Origin: Nanoarchaeota archaeon SCGC AAA011-D5
GTDB taxonomy: Archaea > Nanobdellota > Nanobdellia > Pacearchaeales > GW2011-AR1
Assembly (NCBI GenBank): GCA_000405225.1
Contig: ASMP01000001.1
Span: forward strand, 69,191 to 133,190
Length of the DNA stretch: 64,000 nucleotides
Direction of reading: 5' to 3'
Below, one piece after another: positions 28,265 through 35,972 of this stretch (the stretch's first letter is position 1; the number at the start of each line of letters is the position of its first letter). The position numbers and the translations under genes are program-made. The notes under the pieces are model-generated. The model did not search any database. It saw only the letters and a program-made list of their open reading frames with translations, and had not been told where the DNA came from.

Positions 28265-28371
28265 TGCACCAGCCGGGAATCGGACCCGGATTACAAGATT
28301 CTTCCGTTGGACGAACGCCTAGGCGTAGTCATTCGTGGGAATCTTGAGTTCTGCCGTTAAACCACTGGTGC
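28265..28371 (-). tRNA. intron-containing tRNA, probably tRNA-Gly (anticodon CCC), ~36-nt intron
   Basis: Acceptor GCACCAG/CTGGTGC 7/7, D arm GTTT/GAAC, anticodon stem CAAGA/TCTTG with loop TTCCCA then intron containing palindrome ACGCCTAGGCGT, T stem CCGGG/CCCGG with atypical loop TCCGATT. Isotype uncertain. Confidence 0.55.
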
Positions 28372-28428
28372 CTTTTTTTAAATATATTTTCCAGTTGATA
28401 AATTTTTATATATCCCCATTTTCCTTAG

Positions 28429-28914
28429 ATGATAATGGGAACTCTTGAAGACAATACAAGAAGATTGATAGCTTTGAAGCTTTTAGCAAGCGCCTATGGA
28501 AGCTTTGGAGACAGGGTAAACAGGAGATTTGAGCAAACGAGAGAAGAATTGGGGAAAAGATTAAAGAATAAGGCAGCTTTGCCCGCGAATTCAGAATTAC
28601 TTCTTAAATTAGGTTGGAGTGATGAAGCTGTCAAAGGAGCGAGAAAAATAAATCTAGCAATAGAAGAATTTAAACAAAATTACTCCGAAGAGGGAAAAAA
28701 ATTGCAGAAACTCATAGATAAGCACAGAGATGTTAGAAGAGCCTATCTTGAATTTGGCGGGATTGTGGAAGAAGATGTCTACATAGAAATTATAAGAGAA
28801 GTTATGGGAAAATTAGACTATGACAGAGCCAAGTCTATTTATGAAGCAGCGGATTTAATGGCAAGAGTTTTAGGGAAAGATGAGGGAGTGCAAGTGTCTT
28901 TGCTCTCAGAATAA
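28429..28914 (+). CDS. hypothetical protein
   Basis: 161-aa helical ORF. Confidence 0.4.
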   Translation: MIMGTLEDNTRRLIALKLLASAYGSFGDRVNRRFEQTREELGKRLKNKAALPANSELLLKLGWSDEAVKGARKINLAIEEFKQNYSEEGKKLQKLIDKHRDVRRAYLEFGGIVEEDVYIEIIREVMGKLDYDRAKSIYEAADLMARVLGKDEGVQVSLLSE

Positions 28915-28949
28915 GTTAACTTTTTATATCTTCTTCCTCTTTTTATGGC

Positions 28950-30404
28950 ATGGCAAATAAGAACAAGTTTTATGTTACAACCCCTATATATTACCCCAAC
29001 GATATTCCCCATATAGGGCACGCATATACAACCATAGCGGCAGATATCTTGGCCAGATGGTACAGGTTTAAGGGTTATGATGTCTTCTTTCTAACAGGAA
29101 CAGACGAGCATGGAAAAAAGATAGAGAACACAGCAAAAAAGCACAACAAAACTCCCAGGGAATTTGTCGATTCTTTAATCCCTAAATTCAAAGAAGCATG
29201 GAAAAAACTCAACCTGAATTATGACAGATTCATAAGAACAACTGACAAGGACCATGAAAAATTCGTCCAGGAAATTCTTCAGAAAGTATATGATAAAGGA
29301 GATATCTACAAAGGCCATTACGAAGGATACTATTGTACAGAATGCGAGGCTTATTACACTGAAAAAGACCTTGAAAATGGTTGCTGTCCAGTACACAAAA
29401 CAAAGATTGAGAAACTGAAGGAAGAATCTTATTTTTTCAAACTTTCAAAATATCAGAATAGATTATTAGAATTTTACAGGGAAAATCCAGATTTTATTTC
29501 TCCCTCTTACAGAAAAGATGAAGTCATTAATAGAGTCAAAGAAGGTCTGAAAGATCTTTCTATTTCAAGATCTAGTTTTAAGTGGGGAATCCCTCTTCCA
29601 TTTGATAAAAAACATGTGGTTTATGTTTGGTTTGATGCCCTGTTCAATTATTACTCTGCTACAAGAGATAAAAACAAAGAAAAATTTTGGCCTGCAGATG
29701 TCCATTTAATTGGAAAAGACATTGTCTGGTTTCATACTGTTTATTGGCCTGCATTTTTGCTTTCAGCAGGAATTGAATTGCCAAAAAGAGTATTTGCTCA
29801 CGGATGGTGGACTTTTAATAAAGAAAAAATCTCAAAGTCAAAAGGAAAGGTAATTAATATAGATGAATTAGTTAGAATTGCTGGTTCAGACTCTGCAAGA
29901 TATTTTTTATTTAGGCATATACCCTTTGGTGAAGACGGGGACTTCTCTGAAAATGCTTTGGTTGAAAGGCATAACAACGAGCTTGCCAATAAGCTAGGAA
30001 ACTTAGTTAGCAGAGTTTCAGCTCTGGCTGAAAAATATGGCTTAAAAGAAGTTAATTTTAAAAAAATAAATGTAGACATACATATTTCAAATGTTGTAAG
30101 AGACGTTAGTGAATTAATTGAAAGATTTGAGTTTGATAAAGCACTCAACTTAATATTCGCATTTATAGATACATTAAATCAGTGGGTACAAGATAAAAAA
30201 ATTTGGGAAACTGGGAGTAAAGAAGACCTGTTTGAACTTGCTACGGGGATAAGATTAGCTACAATTCTTCTTTGGCCATTTATACCCGAGACTTGTGAAA
30301 GAATATCAAAGACATTTGGATTTAAAATTTCTTTAAGCGAACTTGAAAAACCTTTAAAAGTAATAAAAATAAAAAAATCAGAGATTCTCTTCAAAAAGAT
30401 TTGA
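28950..30404 (+). CDS. metG: methionyl-tRNA synthetase (catalytic core without C-terminal tRNA-binding domain)
   Basis: PHIGHAYT (HIGH), zinc knuckle CTECEAYYTEKDLENGCCPVH, KISKSKG (KMSKS). Confidence 0.85.
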   Translation: MANKNKFYVTTPIYYPNDIPHIGHAYTTIAADILARWYRFKGYDVFFLTGTDEHGKKIENTAKKHNKTPREFVDSLIPKFKEAWKKLNLNYDRFIRTTDKDHEKFVQEILQKVYDKGDIYKGHYEGYYCTECEAYYTEKDLENGCCPVHKTKIEKLKEESYFFKLSKYQNRLLEFYRENPDFISPSYRKDEVINRVKEGLKDLSISRSSFKWGIPLPFDKKHVVYVWFDALFNYYSATRDKNKEKFWPADVHLIGKDIVWFHTVYWPAFLLSAGIELPKRVFAHGWWTFNKEKISKSKGKVINIDELVRIAGSDSARYFLFRHIPFGEDGDFSENALVERHNNELANKLGNLVSRVSALAEKYGLKEVNFKKINVDIHISNVVRDVSELIERFEFDKALNLIFAFIDTLNQWVQDKKIWETGSKEDLFELATGIRLATILLWPFIPETCERISKTFGFKISLSELEKPLKVIKIKKSEILFKKI

Positions 30405-30746
30405 TTATCTTATCTTGCTTCCTGGTTCTATATTTGAATCTGGCTGAAGAAGACAAACCATGGAACCCCCATCATTGACAGAAGCCAAAAGCATGCCCCG
30501 GCTTTCAGTGCCTTTTATTGTCCTTGGTTCGAGGTTTGTGAAAACAATGCAGTTCTTGTTCTTTAACTGCTCTTTTTTGTAATATGGTTTTATTCCTGCG
30601 ACAAGTGTCCTTTTCCCAAGTTCTTTTCCAAGATCAATAGAAAGCCTGTAAAGTTTGTCAGCTCCTTCAATGTCCTCAGCCTTAAGAATTTTTGCAGCCC
30701 TTATATCTAGCTTTTGCCAGTCAGAGAACTTTATTGTTTCAACCAT
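30405..30746 (-). CDS. stand-alone tRNA-binding domain protein (Trbp111/CsaA/MetRS-C-like)
   Basis: 113 aa. DIRAAKILKAE...GMLLAS pattern of the EMAP-II-like OB tRNA-binding domain. Confidence 0.65.
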   Translation of the reverse strand: MVETIKFSDWQKLDIRAAKILKAEDIEGADKLYRLSIDLGKELGKRTLVAGIKPYYKKEQLKNKNCIVFTNLEPRTIKGTESRGMLLASVNDGGSMVCLLQPDSNIEPGSKIR

Positions 30747-30755
30747 TTTTCCGCA

Positions 30756-31529
30756 TTATCTCAACCCAAGCCAGTCTGAAAATCTTTCAAAGAAACCTTC
30801 CCTGTCTTTGTTGGAGTCATAGGGAACATTCAGAATTTTTGCCGCGATTTCTTTATATGCCCTAGCAGCATTGCTCTTCGGATGGAGTTGCACCACTGCT
30901 CCTTTGCTTCTTACGGATTTTTTAACAGCCATGTCCTCAGGAACCATACCCAGAATAGGAGCTTCCAGCATTTCTTTGACGACTTCCGGTTCGAGTTCTA
31001 CGCCATCTTTTCTCACCCTTGTCACTATAATGCCTCTTACCGGTTTTTTCATCTCTTCTGCGATTTTCACCGCCTTTAACGCATCTGTAACAGCAGGCAT
31101 CTCGGGATTTGTAACGATGATAAGCTCATCTGCAAGCTCAATTGCACAGACTGCCTCATAACCAAGGCCAGCAGAGGAATCCACGATTATATTTTCTGAA
31201 AGTTTCTTGAAGTCTTTTTTAAAATTTTTCATTCTTTCAGGCCTTGTTCTTTTTAGTTCCTTCACAGAGAGTGAAGACGGCATTATTTTTATTCCAGATT
31301 CGTGCTCGTACACAGCTTCAAAGGGTTCTGCCTTTCCCCTTAAAACATGATTCAGATTTATTGGGACTTCTGGAGAATTTAGATGCAGGCCAACATTAGG
31401 GGTCGAAAGATTTCCGTCAATAATCAAAACATCTCTCCCAAAATATTTCATTGCAGCAGCGAGATTTATCGCTGTTGTCGTTTTTCCAACACCGCCTTTT
31501 CCCGACGTGATAACAATAACTTTTGACAT
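30756..31529 (-). CDS. minD: MinD/ParA-family ATPase
   Basis: Deviant Walker A ITSGKGGVGKTTTA. Confidence 0.8.
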   Translation of the reverse strand: MSKVIVITSGKGGVGKTTTAINLAAAMKYFGRDVLIIDGNLSTPNVGLHLNSPEVPINLNHVLRGKAEPFEAVYEHESGIKIMPSSLSVKELKRTRPERMKNFKKDFKKLSENIIVDSSAGLGYEAVCAIELADELIIVTNPEMPAVTDALKAVKIAEEMKKPVRGIIVTRVRKDGVELEPEVVKEMLEAPILGMVPEDMAVKKSVRSKGAVVQLHPKSNAARAYKEIAAKILNVPYDSNKDREGFFERFSDWLGLR

Positions 31530-31640
31530 GGGATTTTATAGTAAAACCATCTTTTAAACCTTATTGTAGAGAATTATTATTAAGCAGTTTTTTAAGATAT
31601 CCGGCTTTTTACAGTATAAATCTTTATCTTAAGGCAATTT

Positions 31641-32090
31641 CTACGATAGAAGAAATTGCTTAGTGGTGCTTATAAACTTTTCTAGCTTTTCGGCGTAGCT
31701 TTTCAGTTTATCGAGATTAATGTTTATCTCTTCACCAAGATAAAAAATCTTCAGGGTCACATTTTTCCTAAACTCCCCTATCCTTTCCTTTCTTAGCTCC
31801 TCCACTTTTCTGAACATCTCATACATGTCTAATACCTCTTGGAAATTATCATCTTTTCTGAACAGCTTCCTGGCAGTTTCTATCTGCCCTATGGGGTTTG
31901 CAGGAATAGAGGATATCTTTTTCTTCTTTTTCGCATGTTTAAGTATGCCGTTCAACCCCTTTTCTATCATTTTCTTCCATCTGAGAAGGAGATTAATTAT
32001 GACATCGCAAGTCTTTGTGTATTTTAGGCTGACATATAAAAGGTGATCTGCACTTATTTTTTCCTGAATTATTTCTTCTATTTCTTCCAT
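31641..32090 (-). CDS. hypothetical protein (paralog of 32244-32714)
   Basis: 149-aa helical ORF with shared motifs DHLLYVSLKYTK / DHIIYVTFPLIKD. Confidence 0.4.
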   Translation of the reverse strand: MEEIEEIIQEKISADHLLYVSLKYTKTCDVIINLLLRWKKMIEKGLNGILKHAKKKKKISSIPANPIGQIETARKLFRKDDNFQEVLDMYEMFRKVEELRKERIGEFRKNVTLKIFYLGEEININLDKLKSYAEKLEKFISTTKQFLLS

Positions 32091-32243
32091 TCAATCTCCC
32101 TTTCACCCCTTTAAAGAAGTATAAGTGCTATGGTAGCATACTATTTATATCTTTCTTTCAGCCCGACGATGCATCAGGGATTGTCCCTTCCCGTGTTTTT
32201 CTCCCTGACGTCCTGCCTTTTTCCTAGAAATGGTATTCTTCAC

Positions 32244-32714
32244 CTAAAAATGGCTTTTCATCCCCTCTTTGGTCTTTCTCAAAATATCTTTTGCCATTAT
32301 TAAAAATTCTTTGGTTTTTTCAAGAGTTAAAGTTGTAGGCTTTGAGTTTTCAGAAAGTATGACTATTTTTTCTTCCTTTACGAATTCAAATGGACTCTCT
32401 TTATGCTTTTCCACGAAATTGAACAGTTCCAGAAGAAGCTTTATTTCTCCCCCATGTATGTTGTACCTTGCCGCACACTTTTCTGTGAAGGTTTTAAAGT
32501 TCTCCCTGGAGTCTTTGTAAAGACTTATCCTTTTGTAAAGGTACTCGTACTGAAGAATAGAGGTTATACAGCCGGTTACCACCTCTTTTATATCCAACAT
32601 TACCTTCAGAAGAAGCCTTTTATCCTTTATGAGGGGGAAAGTAACATAAATTATATGGTCTATTGTCCTGAGATCTTTTTCTGCAGTAACCAGTGCCTCA
32701 AGGAATTTTTCCAT
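32244..32714 (-). CDS. hypothetical protein (paralog of 31641-32090)
   Basis: 156-aa helical ORF. Confidence 0.4.
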   Translation of the reverse strand: MEKFLEALVTAEKDLRTIDHIIYVTFPLIKDKRLLLKVMLDIKEVVTGCITSILQYEYLYKRISLYKDSRENFKTFTEKCAARYNIHGGEIKLLLELFNFVEKHKESPFEFVKEEKIVILSENSKPTTLTLEKTKEFLIMAKDILRKTKEGMKSHF

Positions 32715-32799
32715 TCCCCAGAAAGGGAGAAAGAATTAATATAATTGTTGGTAATCGGCGATACATCTGGAAACCGAACCCTGGGAACAAATACCTCAT

Positions 32800-32955
32800 C
32801 TAAAAGAAAACCCCTAAAAGGATTCTGAAAGCCAAAACCAAGACTATAAATGATACAACATGAACCGGTTTCAGCATGATTTTTGATTCGTATTCTTCTT
32901 CAAACCTCATCAATCCGCCGTAACCAGAAGGCATGTGTATCCTGTTATCTGCCAT
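32800..32955 (-). CDS. secG: preprotein translocase SecG/Sec61-beta-like small protein (below ORF-track cutoff)
   Basis: 51 aa MADNRIHMPSGYGGLMRFEEEYESKIMLKPVHVVSFIVLVLAFRILLGVFF. Pattern SG-GL-R-[FY] plus single C-terminal TM matches archaeal Sec61beta. Confidence 0.45.
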   Translation of the reverse strand: MADNRIHMPSGYGGLMRFEEEYESKIMLKPVHVVSFIVLVLAFRILLGVFF

Positions 32956-33000
32956 GGATTAGATAAATTCAAATAGTTTTTAAAAGTTGTTGTATTAAGG

Positions 33001-35385
33001 ATGTTTATGGAACCCTATGAACACCAGACAGAAGAAAAGAAGATAGCAGAGTTCTGGGAAAATGAGAAGATTTACAGGTTTGACAGCAAAAAGGCAAAGA
33101 AAAAGGCCAATATTTACAGCATTGACACTCCACCACCGACACTTTCTGGGGAAATGCATATAGGGCATGCTTTTTCTTATTCACAACAGGATTTTATTGC
33201 AAGATTTCACAGAATGTTCCTCGCTGGAACCGGTGCTGAGAAAGGACAAGTCTTTTATCCTTTTGGGACAGATGATAATGGGCTACCTACAGAAAGGCTT
33301 GTGGAAAGACTTAATGGAGTCAAGAGCAAGGAGGTTTCAAGAACAGATTTTATTGACCTCTGTCTTAGAACACTTAAAGAAATAAGGCCATCATTTATAC
33401 AGGCTTGGAAAAAGCTCGGAATTTCCTGCGACTATGAAATTTATTATTCTACGATAGACAACAATTCACGGAAGATTTCCCAGAAAAATTTTCTTGACTT
33501 ATTCAAAAGGGGGCTAGTTTACAAAAAAGATTTTCCTACAATTTGGTGCCCTGAATGTCAGACAGCAATAGCTCAGGCAGAACTTGAAGACAAAGAAATT
33601 CCAAGCAGTTTTGTTACTATAAAATTTTCTGCAGCTGGAAAAGAATTGCCAATAGCAACGACGAGGCCAGAGCTTCTGCAGGCATGTGTCGCCATTTTTG
33701 TCAATACTAAAGATAGCAGGTACAAGTATCTAAAGGGAAAACGTGCAAGGATTCCAATTTTTGATTTTGAAGTTCCTGTTATTTTTGACAATTCCGCAAA
33801 TATGGAAAAAGGCACAGGGGCAATGATGGTCTGCTCTTATGGAGACAAATATGATGTTGATGCAATCTTAAGGCATAAATTAAAGCCAAAGATAATCTTT
33901 GATAAGAAAGGAACAATCATTGAAGGAAAATATAAAAGTCTAAAAGTTAAAGAAGCAAGGAAGAAGATTCTGGAAGAATTGGAGAAAAAAGCGCTTATTC
34001 AAAAGAGAGAATCAATACTTCACACGGTAAATGTACATGATAAATGTGGTACGGAAATAGAATTCCTGCCATCAGAACAATGGTTCATAAAAATTCTCGA
34101 TAAAAAGAAAACATGGATTTCCCAAGGCAGGAAAATCAAATGGCATCCTGAACACATGAGAAAGAGATATGAAAACTGGGTTTCTGGTTTGCAGTGGGAC
34201 TGGAATATCTCAAGAGACAGACACTTTGGGGTTCCGATTCCTGTCTGGGAATGCAAAAAATGCAAAGAAATCATTTTGGCAGCAGAAAAAGAGCTTCCTG
34301 TTGACCCTTTTGAAACAGAAAAAAGATGTCCAAAATGCGGAAAAATTGCAGAACCAGAAAAAAAGGTTTTAGATACGTGGGCAACTTCTTCTTTGACTCC
34401 GCAGATAGTGTCTTCCTTAGTTGGAAATAAAATAAAAATTCCTTTTTCTTTGAGACCCCACGCTCATGAGATAATAAGGACATGGACTTTTTATACAATT
34501 GTAAAATCTTATCTGGCTGAAAAACAAATCCCGTGGGAGGATATCATGCTATCAGGATATGTCAAGCTTAGCGGTGAGAAAATGTCAAAATCAAAAGGAA
34601 ATGTTATTGACCCAAAAGAGGTTATAAATCAATTCGGAACAGATGCCTTAAGATTCTGGGCAGCAAGTTCAAAACTTGGGGAAGATCTGGATTACGATTC
34701 AAAAGACCTTGTTACGGGAAAAAGATTGGTCACTAAGCTCCTGAATGCATCGAATTTTGTTTTCATGAATTTGAAGGATTACAGGCCAAAGAAACCTAAA
34801 AAGTTGGAGCCATTAGACAAATTATTCCTGGATGAATTAACCAGGGCTGTTTACACAACAACAGGCAGATTTAGAGAATATAATTACTCAAAAGCCAAGT
34901 CTGATGCAGAAGAATTTTTTTGGAAGGATTTTTGTGGCAATTACCTTGAAATAGTCAAGTGGAGAGTTTATAACGGAAACAAAAAAGAGAGAGAATCCGC
35001 ATTTTACACTCTTTATACCTCATTGCTAACTATCCTGAAATTAATTGCACCGATAATGCCTTTCATTACAGAAAGAATTTATCAGGAACATTTCAGAAAA
35101 AATGAAAAGGAAAAGAGCATTCATATTTCTGAATGGCCTAAAACAGAAAAGATAGCAAATAAAAAAGAAAAGTACACTAAAATAAGCTGGAATAAACTGA
35201 CAGACCTGGTATCAAAAATAAGAAAATTAAAATCCGAAAATAAAAAACCCCTTAATGCAGAAATAATTCTTAGCCTTGATGAAGGCGCCTCTATTTATTT
35301 GAAAGGAGTCTTAGAAGATTTAAAACATGTAACAAATGCCCGCGAAATAAAAGAAGGCAAGGAGTTCAAGATAGAGTTCGTGTAA
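33001..35385 (+). CDS. valS: valyl-tRNA synthetase (short C-terminus)
   Basis: PPPTLSGEMHIGHA (HIGH), TTRPELLQ...MEKGTGAMM editing-domain region and WNISRDRHFGVPIPVW closely parallel bacterial ValRS, KMSKSKGNV. Confidence 0.85.
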   Translation: MFMEPYEHQTEEKKIAEFWENEKIYRFDSKKAKKKANIYSIDTPPPTLSGEMHIGHAFSYSQQDFIARFHRMFLAGTGAEKGQVFYPFGTDDNGLPTERLVERLNGVKSKEVSRTDFIDLCLRTLKEIRPSFIQAWKKLGISCDYEIYYSTIDNNSRKISQKNFLDLFKRGLVYKKDFPTIWCPECQTAIAQAELEDKEIPSSFVTIKFSAAGKELPIATTRPELLQACVAIFVNTKDSRYKYLKGKRARIPIFDFEVPVIFDNSANMEKGTGAMMVCSYGDKYDVDAILRHKLKPKIIFDKKGTIIEGKYKSLKVKEARKKILEELEKKALIQKRESILHTVNVHDKCGTEIEFLPSEQWFIKILDKKKTWISQGRKIKWHPEHMRKRYENWVSGLQWDWNISRDRHFGVPIPVWECKKCKEIILAAEKELPVDPFETEKRCPKCGKIAEPEKKVLDTWATSSLTPQIVSSLVGNKIKIPFSLRPHAHEIIRTWTFYTIVKSYLAEKQIPWEDIMLSGYVKLSGEKMSKSKGNVIDPKEVINQFGTDALRFWAASSKLGEDLDYDSKDLVTGKRLVTKLLNASNFVFMNLKDYRPKKPKKLEPLDKLFLDELTRAVYTTTGRFREYNYSKAKSDAEEFFWKDFCGNYLEIVKWRVYNGNKKERESAFYTLYTSLLTILKLIAPIMPFITERIYQEHFRKNEKEKSIHISEWPKTEKIANKKEKYTKISWNKLTDLVSKIRKLKSENKKPLNAEIILSLDEGASIYLKGVLEDLKHVTNAREIKEGKEFKIEFV

Positions 35386-35417
35386 AAATTTAAAAAAGGC
35401 CAAATATTTAATATAAG

Positions 35418-35912
35418 ATGGAATCAAAAGCGCTGATAGGAGTAATTGTTGCTTTAGTTGTAATTGCCCTTGGGGTGGTTTTATTTATTCAGTTCTGGTC
35501 TAATGGCGCAAAAACAGGAACAGAAGATACAGGAACTCAGGGAGGACAGGCTGCTCCTAGCCTGGGAGCTGAAGAAGAACAACAGCCTTTTCAGGAACCG
35601 CCTCCAATAATACGGCCAGAAGCGACAGAATTTTTTATAGAAGCAGATGACAGGGGATTTTATATTGACGGTGCAGACGTTGGCTCTATATCTGCCATTA
35701 CAGGAGAAACACTAAAAATAACTTTCAGTGTAAGAACCACAGGGGTTTATTACGGCGGACTTCAGTTTAAGGGTTGTGGACAAGACACAGGCAAGGTGGC
35801 TCCTGGAGATTCTGCAACAACAGAGTTTATGGCAAGCAGCACATGCACCATAACTTCTTATTGGCCATCGAGCAGCAGAGTGAAAGACAGGTTGCAGGTT
35901 GTTGTCGGATAA
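35418..35912 (+). CDS. secreted/membrane-anchored hypothetical protein
   Basis: N-terminal hydrophobic helix, Cys-containing C-terminal domain. Confidence 0.4.
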   Translation: MESKALIGVIVALVVIALGVVLFIQFWSNGAKTGTEDTGTQGGQAAPSLGAEEEQQPFQEPPPIIRPEATEFFIEADDRGFYIDGADVGSISAITGETLKITFSVRTTGVYYGGLQFKGCGQDTGKVAPGDSATTEFMASSTCTITSYWPSSSRVKDRLQVVVG

Positions 35913-35972
35913 TCTTTGATATTTGCCAATTTCTTTCCTTAATTTTATAAACATCCTTTTTGTTTATCTGAT

